64,000 nucleotides of DNA from Halobacteriovoraceae bacterium (GCA_963719505.1 CAVRCF010000005.1:800001-864000), one strand, 5' to 3'; shown: positions 28,718 to 39,792, counted from the first letter of the stretch. Notes: generated by a model not told the origin, from the sequence alone. Numbers and translations: made by a program.

Positions 28718-31700
28718 CTATGGAGCTTCAAGATCAACATAGTTCATACTGAAGCCATCATTTGTTAAACATAATATAGAGTACTTTGAATTTCCTTGAG
28801 CCGTTTTAAGTGGGTTTTTGTGCCACACAGTTACTAGGAATATTTAAACTCATATCAACCGGTGCAATCAGTTCATCTCCAACTTTAGTAAGAAGATAAA
28901 CATTATTCCCAGTGAGGCTTGTAGCATCGACATAAATCGCAGGCTGCATCTGACCGTCTCTATTTAAGATCGTCATAGGGATATAGAGTTCACTCATTCT
29001 ACTTCCAGGAAGGAAAGAAAACTTCTTTGCCTTTCTTTTAAATGACTTTTGAACACCATCAATAGATTCAACCATCATAATATAGTCAACAGTTTCTAAA
29101 ACAGTGGTCTGCTGATTTCCCTTTTGAAAGAGTGACAGAAAAGACATTATTCTATCGTTCTCGTCTCTCATTCTAAAGCTTGTTGCAAGTTCACTATTGC
29201 CTTCAACAGAAGTGATCGTGACAAGGTCATCAGTGAGAAAGGAAACAAAAGCATTTTGAGCAGAAGTGTTTAACATTTCACCATCCATTGAAAAAACAGG
29301 GTGATGAGCTGAAGCTTCTAGTCTTTCTGTTATATTTTCTTGAACAGCGACGTCAAAGTCTGATCCATTAAAAGTTAAAAGGGCATTCTCTCTATAAAAT
29401 CCAAGTCCAACAGAGACTAGAGCTTTTACAGTACCATTTGAAAAGTCATTCATGTTCTGATTTAAAAGTTGAATGACCTGCACGTTTGTATCGGCCAAAC
29501 TAATCGTTTGAGCGATAGAGTCTTTTAGTTTTTCTTTCACAATATTAACAAACTTTGAATTCATCTGAGTTCTAGCTTTAAACTGAGTATACTCACCTTC
29601 AATAACTTCCAAATGATAAATTCTTCTCATAACAGAGGTGTCTTTAGGTTTCCAAGGATCAAAAACTTGATCTTCATCAGGAAGTGCACCAGTTCCAATA
29701 AAGTAAGGTACGGCTAAAAATTGTCCGTCAGAAAGCTGCGTTTTCATCAACCGAACAGTATCAGGCGTCACATTAACGATTGTTGGGTAATATCTAATAT
29801 CAGAATGTTTACCAATTAATGGCTCGAGGTTCTCATCTCTATACGAGTAAAGAATATAACCATCCTCGCCTTCTGGTTTCACTACAGTCTTGATTAAATA
29901 ATCATTTTTCCCGTCGTAGTTGTAGTCTCCTCTTAAAACAGAGATTAAGCTCACCGCTTTATGAATAAAGAGGTCGTTTTGAGCTTGAAGAAACTTATCG
30001 ACCGCATGATTAAAGAAGAAAAGCTTGATACCATCTTCTGAGGCTTCAAGAGTTTCCCCTCTTTCAGCTTTAGCCTGATATTTTACATAGTAGCTTGGAA
30101 AATCATTTCCTGAAAAAACATCTTCGACCGTTCTTAAGTTATCTCTTAGCTGTTTTTCTTCATTATCCCAAAGACCTACAGGAACTTTTTGAGAAGGATC
30201 TTTAAAAACGAAAGGAAGCTTTCTTTCTGAATTTGAATTGGGAACCAAAAACTGCTTTGAAACAGTTACTTCGTGCTCAAACTGCTCAATTTTAACAATC
30301 TTTTGCTCATCATCAAGGTGTTTGATAACAACTAAAAACCTTGTCTGCTTATCGATAAATTTCGAAGAGATAAGACCCTCAAATTTAATGACAGACTTAT
30401 CTGCGACTGGTTTTCCAGCAGCATTAGATTCCTCAATCATTTGCGCCACCAATTTTTCGTAGTTTGGCATCTCATTAAAAGTGATCGAGTTTCCTTTTAG
30501 TTTCACTCTTGCATCTTTGAAGAAGAGCTCTACTTTAATATTTTTGGTATCCGCTCCATAATTTCTGATTGGAAGAAGAAGATCAAACTCACCGTTTAGA
30601 GGGCTGAAAACAATTTCTGAATTCAGTTTAAAAACTGGTTTAACACTAGGTGCTTCTTTCAGATCAAATGCTTTTTCAAGATTTAGTAAACCGTGAAGAG
30701 ACTTAAATGAATCCTCTTTTTTACCGGCAGAGTCGTATAATCTTCTCATGACTTCATACATACTCATGTCTGGATTTGCACCCTTTAGAAGTGCTGCAGC
30801 AGCTGAAACAAATGGTGCCGCTTGTGACGTACCACTTAAAATATCGTAACCTTGGATATTCATTTTAATAGGAATGAATTCCGTTGGAATTGTTGAAAGA
30901 ATCTGATCTCCTGGCGCAAGAATATCGACCTCTCCACCATAGTTTGAAAAGGCTGAAACACTTCCATCTGCATCAACAGAACCAACACAAATCACGTTTT
31001 CGTAAGCACAAGGAAAGATATTTCCGTTTGTATTGTTATTTCCAGCTGCGGCCACAACAACAATATTATTCCTTACCGCTTCTCTAATAACATTTCTCAT
31101 AAATGCCGTATCCATAGATTTTGGCCATCCAAGAGAGAGGTTAATAACATCAACTCCTCTTTTTACTGCGTAAAGAATTCCATTTGCAATTCTTTTAGAT
31201 GGCGCTTTCATAAGCATACGATCTCTATCTGAAGTCTCATCAGCTCTACCAGTAACCTTTACGGGTAAAATTTTAATTTTGTCTGAAACACCCGAGACAC
31301 CATTTTCATTATTCTTTTTTGCAGCGATAATCCCTGCAACATGAGTTCCATGGTTCTTATCATCTCTTGGAAATTGAATATTGAGTGGATCGATAGCGGC
31401 AAAGTTAAAGCCAAGACAATCGGCAGCGTATTTGTTTCCATCTCTATCAACTCTTGTCCCAACCGGAACATTTCCATCACTGTCACATTCTGCATCGTTG
31501 CGATACATCTGGTCTACAAGTTCAGGGTGATTAAGATCGATCCCCATATCAACGACAGCGACAACAGGTGTCTTTTTTAGGCTTTTTTCAATACCTTCGA
31601 TAGCATTTTTCCAGCCGATATCAACCCCTGTGACTCCTTCAATCTCTTCAGGCCCACCTTTGAGCTTTTGCTTAGAAATAATTTGATTTTGATTTTGAAG

Positions 31701-32033
31701 ACCCCATTGAAGAGGGAAAAGCATATCATTGGTGGTTCTTTCACTTTTTGGATTAGCTTTAATTTCGAAAAAATCAGCTTCAAATTCACTCTCAACAAGC
31801 TTTACATTCGGAAGAGCTGACAAATCAGATTTTTTCCCGTCGAACTCTACCGAATAAAGTCTATCAAAATATTCCGAAGAATAAGGTGTAAAGTTTTTAA
31901 TCGTCTTAACGCCTTGTCCTTTCAGTTCCGAAAGCTCTAGAGCATCTAATGGATGATTCATCTCAACAACATAGCTTTTTGCAAAAGTGAGGGTTGAAAG
32001 TAAACAAAGAGTAATACCTGTTAAATTTTTCAT
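28718..32033 (-). CDS. Secreted S8 subtilase with long C-terminal extension (module 1, gene B); apparent +1 frameshift near the 3' end
   Basis: Triad VVDMG / HGTHVAG / GTSQAAP; FG-GAP-like GDYNYDGKNDY. As given the ORF stops at 28806. Removing one T of T5 (28815-28819) extends it to 28718 and restores the Cys pair seen in the paralog. Confidence 0.9.
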
Positions 32034-35000
32034 TAAATTACTCTCCCTAATAACCAGCTCATATAAAATTCTCCGTTTGAAATACCCATAAATCTTCTTA
32101 TTTGATTAAGTGGCCCTTCAATATCTTCTGTTCCTAGTCGACCAAATGAATTTGAAAGGATCTTTTGATCACCGTTTTCATCACCAACTCTAAAACCATC
32201 GATTTTTGCTATAGCGAAAAAGTTGTTTCCGCCACCAAAGATTTGGCTCATTCCTGCAATTCTGAGGTTATCTTCAACCGCTTCAACCATTTTAATTGCC
32301 ATTCTTACCAACATCTTCTGATTGTTCTCAATCAGATATTCAGAGTACTTTCTTCTGTAGCGAAGAAAATTGTGGTAGCCGCTATTAATCAGACTGTCTG
32401 TACCAGAGTAATTTGTCATGTCTCTACTTTGGTAGTGTTGCCAAATCTTCTTAAGTCTATCCTTTGGAATTTCAAGCATACTTTTAAGGCCAGTTTCGTA
32501 GACGAAAAAGTTGACATTAATATTGTAGAGAAAAATCTCTTTTGTTTGAGCAAGAACTTCTTCTTCAAAAAACTTGAAGCCGTATTTTGCCTTAATCTCT
32601 TTTAGCGTTTTAAGTGCTTTATCTTTTTTCATTTTCCAGCCATTCCAAATTCTTGATAGCTTTGTATATGGCTTCTCGATGACACCTTCATCGTTGTAAA
32701 GACCTTCATAGCTTGTAATTCTATTTTTTGCCTTACCCATAAATGTATAGCCAGGGTTACCTTCATTAAAGCTCGTTATATTAAAGTTAGAGTCTGTGAT
32801 CTTTGCGAAGATAAGATCAACGAGGTCCCTAGTATAATTCTCAAAGTCTGTCCCTTTGGTATTACCCTTAACTTGTCTATAAGCTTTTTTCTCGTAACCT
32901 TCTGGACTTGTGATAATCATATTGTCTTCTTGTTTGAGCCAGTTCCATCTAAAGACAAGTATTCCAAGTTTTGTATTTTTCTCATTAAACTTATGAGTGA
33001 TTGTATAAGGTCTTTGTACGATATTAAGTTCCTCTACTGAACCCGTTAAAAATGCACGTCTAAGACCCTTAAGCTTCTCAATTCTGTTTGGCTTAAGAAC
33101 AGATCTTTCTTCATCAATTTGACCGTTTGGCTTCTTAACAATGGTCTCATATTTACCAATATCGACTCTAAAGAACTTTGTTCTTCCGCGCCCCTTTGTT
33201 CCTTTAACCGTTATTTTCATGATCGGAACAAACTTCTCAACACTCATAGCAAGTTCGATACTACTGATATTTCCAAGGTCCTTGTAGACATGAATTTCTG
33301 TTTCACTTCTTCTAAAGATATGAAGTCTATTAACAACTAAATGACTTGGCTTAACACTTGCTCTCACCTTAACAACATTATAAAGGTTCACTCCAGCACC
33401 AACACTTAGACTTGCTCCAATACTATCTTGAACAATAAGTGACTCTCCAACTTCTAAATTTTCATCTAAAAGCTTAGTGATTTGATTCATCTCATAGTCT
33501 CTTTGCTTTTTTGCAAGTCTATAAGACTGGTAAGAGATCTCACTAGTCGCATTATTAAGCTCTTCTAGAATCTCCTGGATATCTTTTTGAATTTTTCCTC
33601 GTTTATTCACAGTACAGATAACTTTCTCTGTTCCTATGATTGTCTGAGTTCCATCGTCTTCAGTGATTGAGTTTTCTCTTTCAACAATAGAGTAAAATCT
33701 TGAAAGTGTTTGCTCTGCGCTTTCACGACAATCTGAATAAGTAACATATTTGCCTTTAAAAGTAGTCTCTAGATTCGTTATCGAATTCGCTGCCGTCGTT
33801 AAAGCCGAAGGATCTGAGAAAGTATTAAGGTAGGTGTCTTTACTTGCAAGTATCGTACTTTTAGTCGATTCAAGAGCTGTGATAACCTCTTCAACTTGAA
33901 CTCTCTGATCAAGGCCTTTAATAAGACCAGCGAGACTTCCAATTGCTGAATTTAATTTATCGTATGACTTTTTATTCATAATAAGCTTTTCTTCATCTGT
34001 CAGCTTGTCATAGTCAGATGTCATAATAGCGTCAAAGTAATGACCATACTTTCTCTTAAGAAGGGGAACCATCATATTTTTAAAAGGGTACTTAAGAGCT
34101 TTTTGAACACTCGTGATGGGCTTAACATGAGAGTATGTTCTATTTAAAAAGATGTTAGCGTTTCCTTGAAGATCAACAGGAAGGTATTTTCTCATCGTCT
34201 CTGTTGCTGAAACCGGAACGACTTCACCTGTCTTAGAATAAACTCCTGTAATGCCTCCGAAGACACCAGCAGAAACACTGGCACCAACTGTATCAACCAA
34301 TTGAATAAGATTGTCTGTCCCAAGGTAACTTCCAGTCACGATGTCTCTGTTTAGGATAAGGCTCCCTCTCACTGTTGGGAAAGCAAAAGCCTTAACAGGA
34401 AGTTTGTTTGACTCCCCTCCTGAAGTTAAAGAGTCCGCAAGTCCTTCAGACAGCCCAGTATAGAACTCATCAATTTTTCCACTGAGATCAGTTCCAAGGT
34501 ATTTAATTGAGTTGATTGAGTTTACTAAAAGTTCAAGACCAACTGTAATTGCTTTTGATTTGAAAAAAGCGGCCATATCAGAATAAGCCAGTGGTGACTG
34601 AGGATCAGGTATTTTAAATCTTCTTGCATAACCATCATAGAATTCTTTCGTAAGCTTTCCATCTTCTAGGTCATCATGATTAGAGACTAAGTGATCGACA
34701 GGAAGATTCTGGTTGTCTACTTTAAAGAGTGTTCCAAGGTGATTTCTTCTCGATTTTAATTTCTCTAAAAGAAGGACTTTAACTGAAGGAGGAAGAGCTG
34801 TTGAGTCGACAATTTCTTGCCAGTCTCTTTCAGTGAGCTTCATTATTCTTTTTACCATCCAAACGGCATCATCTTTACTTGTAGAGAAATCTTGTGAGCC
34901 GTCATATTTGAAAGCTACATTTTCTGAGTAGACGCTTCCCACTATCCAGTCTGTAATATTAATACTCTCTAGAATATGAGTTAAAGCGTAAGGCACGATT

Positions 35001-35818
35001 AAAGAGTCATAGATTCTTTTTCCTTGAAAGATATCAGCAGAGACATAACCTTTTGCCAAGTTTAAATTAAACTCTTGATCTTCCATAACAACGATATCTT
35101 GGATGACAACTTCTTTTTTCTTTTCACTTAAGATCCATCTATCAAATGATCCAGCGTTATTGACACTAACATTTTTTATGAACTCATTCTTTTGATCTCT
35201 TGAATCAAAAGAGACTTTAAGTCTTTTTACATGTTTGATTGGTGGAACGAAATATCCAAGTTTTCTTAAAAGTGTTTTTCTTAAAAGGTAGTTGTGAACA
35301 TTCTTGCTGAGGATAATTGTATATTGTTTAGGTGTACCATAAGAATTATTTTTATTAACTGTAACTCTATAACTTCCAAGTCTTGCCCATCCTTTTGAGA
35401 CAAAACTTACGTTATCAAGGTCATTTAAATCTAATAGGTCAAGACTTTCATCGGTTCCGCCGCCCAGAGTATTCTTCCAAATGGTAGGCTCTTCTTTTGG
35501 ACCAAGATCTGACAGAGTCCACTGACATCTTGTTTCATTAAAGCGTCTTTTGTAATAAAGGCTGGCTTGCTTTGGAGAAAGAACATCTCCTTTAAGAAAT
35601 CCCCCACCGCACTCGTCGGAGTCACAAACGAGGTCCGTTGATGGCATATGCCCATATGTTAAAGGAACCGTTCCTCTAATTGGGTTGTATGACTTTAATG
35701 CCTCTTGATCGCAGAGGTTCTGAAGCATGGACCTGTCACCTCGATCATCTATTGAATCTACCTGAGAGTAGGCCCCTAGAGATAAAATCGAAAGTAGTAG
35801 TGCAAATAGTTTAATCAT
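32033..35818 (-). CDS. Large exported protein, degenerate kinase-like N-terminal region (module 1, gene A)
   Basis: Start moved to MIKLFALLLSILSLGAYS; homologous along its length to 55737..59018; stop overlaps the subtilase start. Confidence 0.85.
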   Translation of the reverse strand: MIKLFALLLSILSLGAYSQVDSIDDRGDRSMLQNLCDQEALKSYNPIRGTVPLTYGHMPSTDLVCDSDECGGGFLKGDVLSPKQASLYYKRRFNETRCQWTLSDLGPKEEPTIWKNTLGGGTDESLDLLDLNDLDNVSFVSKGWARLGSYRVTVNKNNSYGTPKQYTIILSKNVHNYLLRKTLLRKLGYFVPPIKHVKRLKVSFDSRDQKNEFIKNVSVNNAGSFDRWILSEKKKEVVIQDIVVMEDQEFNLNLAKGYVSADIFQGKRIYDSLIVPYALTHILESINITDWIVGSVYSENVAFKYDGSQDFSTSKDDAVWMVKRIMKLTERDWQEIVDSTALPPSVKVLLLEKLKSRRNHLGTLFKVDNQNLPVDHLVSNHDDLEDGKLTKEFYDGYARRFKIPDPQSPLAYSDMAAFFKSKAITVGLELLVNSINSIKYLGTDLSGKIDEFYTGLSEGLADSLTSGGESNKLPVKAFAFPTVRGSLILNRDIVTGSYLGTDNLIQLVDTVGASVSAGVFGGITGVYSKTGEVVPVSATETMRKYLPVDLQGNANIFLNRTYSHVKPITSVQKALKYPFKNMMVPLLKRKYGHYFDAIMTSDYDKLTDEEKLIMNKKSYDKLNSAIGSLAGLIKGLDQRVQVEEVITALESTKSTILASKDTYLNTFSDPSALTTAANSITNLETTFKGKYVTYSDCRESAEQTLSRFYSIVERENSITEDDGTQTIIGTEKVICTVNKRGKIQKDIQEILEELNNATSEISYQSYRLAKKQRDYEMNQITKLLDENLEVGESLIVQDSIGASLSVGAGVNLYNVVKVRASVKPSHLVVNRLHIFRRSETEIHVYKDLGNISSIELAMSVEKFVPIMKITVKGTKGRGRTKFFRVDIGKYETIVKKPNGQIDEERSVLKPNRIEKLKGLRRAFLTGSVEELNIVQRPYTITHKFNEKNTKLGILVFRWNWLKQEDNMIITSPEGYEKKAYRQVKGNTKGTDFENYTRDLVDLIFAKITDSNFNITSFNEGNPGYTFMGKAKNRITSYEGLYNDEGVIEKPYTKLSRIWNGWKMKKDKALKTLKEIKAKYGFKFFEEEVLAQTKEIFLYNINVNFFVYETGLKSMLEIPKDRLKKIWQHYQSRDMTNYSGTDSLINSGYHNFLRYRRKYSEYLIENNQKMLVRMAIKMVEAVEDNLRIAGMSQIFGGGNNFFAIAKIDGFRVGDENGDQKILSNSFGRLGTEDIEGPLNQIRRFMGISNGEFYMSWLLGRVI

Positions 35819-35982
35819 AGTTTCCCTTAAAGCTTGGACACTTGTATAAAGTTTTGACAGTTTTTCCACCAAATCTTTACCTAACATCCTAGAAAGTAAG
35901 CATTTAAAACATTGTTGCTTTTTATAATGCTAGATCTATGCCAAAGAGACTTTTTCCAGTATAATGATGGCTTGGAGGGACG

Positions 35983-37356
35983 TTGAAGACCTTAATTGTT
36001 AGCGAAAATAATGCTGAAGCAGAAATTCTCCGCCGTATTCTCAGGTTTAATTTTCGAGACCTCTACTGTTTACAGGCATCCACAAAGGGAGAGATAGAGA
36101 ATGCTATCTTAACTGACGGTCCTTTTGGCTTCTATATAGTCGATGCCGACATAAAAGAGAGTGATCCCGAAAAACTAGCTCAAGGAATACGCGAACTGTC
36201 TGGAGACAAGCCCTTTCTTTTTATTGGAAAGACGGCTTCTATTATAGATAGAATAAGCCAAGACCTCTATCAATCTAATAAATTTAACGATCAAATTTAC
36301 AAGCCTTTTGAGCGCGACGATATTACAGACGAAATTAAAAACAAAGTTGCTGGGATCTTGGATTGGGCCAGACAAGAAGAATTTGAAGCCTCCATTGAGG
36401 AAATTGACAAAAAAGACTTTATTGAGATGAAGATCAAAAATTTTTATCTCTCCACTACCTTTCCTTATGATATGTATCTCGAAATTACCTCTACCGAACA
36501 TATTAAGATTATCTCGGCGAATAAACCTTACAGCATATCGACTCTGGATCGCTACGCAAAAAAGAATGTAAAGTATCTCTACATAAAAAAAGATGATCAC
36601 TTAGAATATCTTGAGAAAGAGACGATTAGGTGTACTAAGCATTTAAAGAAACTTCTTCCAGGAAGCGATGAATATCCCATCGCCCTCTTGCGCTCAGTAA
36701 CCATCCTTCATCAGTATATGATTACCTTGGGGACCAGTAATGCCATTTTTGATTTAGTTGATGAAGTGGCAGAGGGAATATTAAAGTACGAAAGTCATTA
36801 CAAAAGCATAAGACAAATGCTTAAGAACTTTCCAGAGTACTATTCGGGTATTGCGAGTAAAAGTCTAATCACTGGATTTGTGGCCGTCCATCTTGCGAAG
36901 AAAAATGGATGGGAATCTTCCACAACGAAAATGAAATTAGCCGTTTGCGCTATTTTACAAGACTACTCTTTACCTGATGAGAATCTTACGCATATAAACT
37001 ACCCTATTGATGTCAGATTAAATCAATATGAAGATGCAGATATTGAGAAGTTTTTAAATCATCCCATTGAGGCTGCCAATATTTCCAAGCAGTTCTCAAA
37101 ATATCCAGACACTGACTATATACTAGAACATCATCAGGAGCTCTACGCTAAAAAAGGATTTCCCAACCAAGTGACCTCATCCAAGTTCACGGTCATATGT
37201 TGTCTTTTTAACGCTGCTCAATTTTTTGCCGCTGAAATTGATGGCAATAAATATAGAAAAGAAATTGTCTCAAAGGTCATGAAATCAATGGCGAGGGATT
37301 TTTCAAGAGGAAATTTCAAACTCATCTACGATATACTAAAAGATAATCTAAATTAA
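35983..37356 (+). CDS. Receiver-like domain plus degenerate HD-GYP protein
   Basis: N-terminal REC-like; LQDYSL in place of HD; HPIEA; HHQELYAKKGFP. Confidence 0.75.
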   Translation: MKTLIVSENNAEAEILRRILRFNFRDLYCLQASTKGEIENAILTDGPFGFYIVDADIKESDPEKLAQGIRELSGDKPFLFIGKTASIIDRISQDLYQSNKFNDQIYKPFERDDITDEIKNKVAGILDWARQEEFEASIEEIDKKDFIEMKIKNFYLSTTFPYDMYLEITSTEHIKIISANKPYSISTLDRYAKKNVKYLYIKKDDHLEYLEKETIRCTKHLKKLLPGSDEYPIALLRSVTILHQYMITLGTSNAIFDLVDEVAEGILKYESHYKSIRQMLKNFPEYYSGIASKSLITGFVAVHLAKKNGWESSTTKMKLAVCAILQDYSLPDENLTHINYPIDVRLNQYEDADIEKFLNHPIEAANISKQFSKYPDTDYILEHHQELYAKKGFPNQVTSSKFTVICCLFNAAQFFAAEIDGNKYRKEIVSKVMKSMARDFSRGNFKLIYDILKDNLN

Positions 37357-38711
37357 ATTTTTAGATGCTCTAGCGTTTCAATTATCTTTTTATAAGAATT
37401 ATAAGAATAACGATCATACAGACGTTTCATTATTCTTTCGACATCGAGAGAACCTTTCTTTTTACCATCAGCAATATCATTCAATATACCAGTAGCAACA
37501 TCTTCGGCGATAACAATTATTTTTGCCAACGGTGATATATCATCTTTGAAGTTAATCCCAAAGCCACGACCACTAGTCATTCCGTGATGCTGAATAATCA
37601 TCATATCGGCTCCCATTGGAGCGCGAGAAAAGGTTTGCACCACAGCGCCTGCAAGTTTGGCGTGATTGAGGACAACCTCTTTTTCTTCGTCTGTGACACC
37701 TTCATGAAAAAGAAGATCTTCTTCTGACTGAACATCAGGGTACTTTGCAAATAATGGTACAAGAAAGATATCGTGAAAAAACAGTGAGAAGCTCACTTTT
37801 TCCATCTGCTCTTTACTTCCCCAAGAAATATGTTCAATGATTTGACTTGCAATATACGAAGCAACAATCCCGTGTTTAAAAACAAAGTTCGATTTGTTTT
37901 CTAAAAGCATCGATAAGAGTCCTCGAAGTTTTGGAACCTCTTTGACAATTTTTGTCATCGCTTTTACACAGCTTTTGGACACTTCTGCTACGGCATCAGA
38001 GACTTCATTGTTTTCAAAAATCTCCTCGGCAATCATTCCTTGCCCCTGAGCAGCGATCTCGATGGTTTCATCTAAAGTGAGGTCCGTTTTATTAAACTCA
38101 TTGATGATAAAACCACTCACTTTATTGATGAATCTCAGTCTCTCTGCTGCATCAATAAAAAGATGCTCAATATTTTGATCTGCAAAGTTTTTAATAAGGC
38201 TTCCAAATGGCTTTTCTTTCTCTAAGACCTTTACGTAATTAAAGTCGAAGCCGTCTTTGGCTTCTCTCTCAAAGAGATCACAATGGGTTCGACTCATCTT
38301 ACTTAAAAGCTTAATTGGAACTGGAAAATATTTTGGAACTTCTCTGCTGGCCATTTGTTGAGCTGTTAACTCTAAGATTTTTGCCATCGACTGAAGCAAA
38401 GTTTTAATGTCATATTTATTTTTTACGACAATAGAATTATCAAACTCAACTTCACACTCTCCCATAAGAATAACTGGCGTTGTCAAAGATTGGCTTTTGA
38501 GAAATGTTTTAAAATTTTCGATATCTTGTTTGGATCTATCATTTTCTTTAAAAATAATGATTGAATCAAGATTGGGCGAATGCTCTATTAATTTCGCTGC
38601 GTCATCTAAGTTCTCTTTAATTGTCACATTGACAGCGACATAAGCTCTTAAATTTAGCTCGTACAAACTATTGATTATGTCATTTTTAGAAATTAATACC
38701 GCTTGACCCAT
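37353..38711 (-). CDS. Receiver-like domain plus degenerate HD-GYP protein
   Basis: FFHDIFL, HAKLA, QHHGMTSGRGFG, ISPLAKIIVIAE. Confidence 0.75.
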   Translation of the reverse strand: MGQAVLISKNDIINSLYELNLRAYVAVNVTIKENLDDAAKLIEHSPNLDSIIIFKENDRSKQDIENFKTFLKSQSLTTPVILMGECEVEFDNSIVVKNKYDIKTLLQSMAKILELTAQQMASREVPKYFPVPIKLLSKMSRTHCDLFEREAKDGFDFNYVKVLEKEKPFGSLIKNFADQNIEHLFIDAAERLRFINKVSGFIINEFNKTDLTLDETIEIAAQGQGMIAEEIFENNEVSDAVAEVSKSCVKAMTKIVKEVPKLRGLLSMLLENKSNFVFKHGIVASYIASQIIEHISWGSKEQMEKVSFSLFFHDIFLVPLFAKYPDVQSEEDLLFHEGVTDEEKEVVLNHAKLAGAVVQTFSRAPMGADMMIIQHHGMTSGRGFGINFKDDISPLAKIIVIAEDVATGILNDIADGKKKGSLDVERIMKRLYDRYSYNSYKKIIETLEHLKI

Positions 38712-38754
38712 TTCATCCCTACGTTAAGTAGTTAAATTATAACAGATAATTTCT

Positions 38755-38994
38755 CTATTGCACCTGAGACTTTGCGGCATTTTCCATAAACTTTTGTAAA
38801 TGATGCACTCCAAGATTAAGAGCTTCTTTCTTGTCCGGTTCATTGTAGAGAATAGTTACATGGTTAAAGATCTTGCCTGATTCGCTCTGGATTATGTCGA
38901 CCTCGACATTAAAGTTTAATCCATATGGGTTAAGAGTTATTCGTCCGATCAAAAATGGGGATAAACCTTTGAGCTCAATAAGATGTTCTTCCAT
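38755..38994 (-). CDS. Small hypothetical protein
   Basis: 79-aa ORF with AGGAG RBS. Confidence 0.65.
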   Translation of the reverse strand: MEEHLIELKGLSPFLIGRITLNPYGLNFNVEVDIIQSESGKIFNHVTILYNEPDKKEALNLGVHHLQKFMENAAKSQVQ

Positions 38995-39126
38995 TTAATA
39001 TACTCCTAACGCCCGTTGTCGTAAAAAGGATGTCAAAGCCTAAATGCTGTGACAAACAGTTAAAAACTGATAAAATACTTCTAGTTAAAATAGTAAATTT
39101 GTTACAAAACGAAAAGGGAGTTTTTC

Positions 39127-39792
39127 ATGGCAGTTTCCCACAATTATTTCATTTCTTCGATTGGGAAAAAACAAATCATGGCCGTAACGGGTCTTGGTTT
39201 AATCGGTTTTACGGTTGCGCATTTATTAGGAAATTTTTTGCTATTCCTAGGTCCAGACGCATTTAATCTTTATGGACATACCTTAACGAGCAATCCCCTT
39301 ATTTATGTGGCTGAAGCTGGCTTATTGGGCATGTTTGTTCTGCACCTTTTACTCGCTGGTGTCACGACTTTTCAAAACAGAAGAGCGCGTCCAGTAAACT
39401 ATTTGGTAAAAAGATCAACAGGTTACGGTGAAACATTTGCATCCAAAACAATGGGATACACGGGTTTTATTATTCTGGTCTTTCTTGTTTTACACCTTAT
39501 CAACTTTAAATACGGAGCCCACTACACCACAACAGTTGATGGTGTTGAGATGAGAGATCTTTACCGAGTGGTCGTTGAGTATTTTTCAAATCCTCTTTAT
39601 GTAGCTTGGTATTGTTTTGCCATGCTTGCTTTGGGGGTCCATACCAGTCATGGTTTTCAATCATCAGCTCAAACATGGGGAGTTAATCACCCAAAGTATA
39701 CGCCTATCATTCAAATCACAGGAATGTTGTATGCTGTTTTTGTAACAGTTGGTTTTTCTGCATGTGCGATTTATTCTTACTTGCAAAATTAG
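39127..39792 (+). CDS. sdhC: Succinate dehydrogenase cytochrome b subunit
   Basis: SSIGKKQIMAVTG, HLLGN, HTSHGFQS; five TM helices; upstream of sdhA. Confidence 0.93.
   Translation: MAVSHNYFISSIGKKQIMAVTGLGLIGFTVAHLLGNFLLFLGPDAFNLYGHTLTSNPLIYVAEAGLLGMFVLHLLLAGVTTFQNRRARPVNYLVKRSTGYGETFASKTMGYTGFIILVFLVLHLINFKYGAHYTTTVDGVEMRDLYRVVVEYFSNPLYVAWYCFAMLALGVHTSHGFQSSAQTWGVNHPKYTPIIQITGMLYAVFVTVGFSACAIYSYLQN

Noticed and set aside
26139-28752. Short alternative-frame and antisense ORFs over the GYxD genes (e.g. 26596..26823, 26845..27093, 28055..28369, 28525..28752)
   Set aside because: By-products of the repetitive low-complexity coding; they overlap well-supported genes.
32165-36600. Long antisense ORFs 32165..32605 and 36175..36600
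   Set aside because: They lie wholly opposite well-supported genes and have shadow-ORF composition.
39030-39266. 78-aa ORF upstream of sdhC
   Set aside because: Overlaps sdhC out of frame and has no recognisable features.
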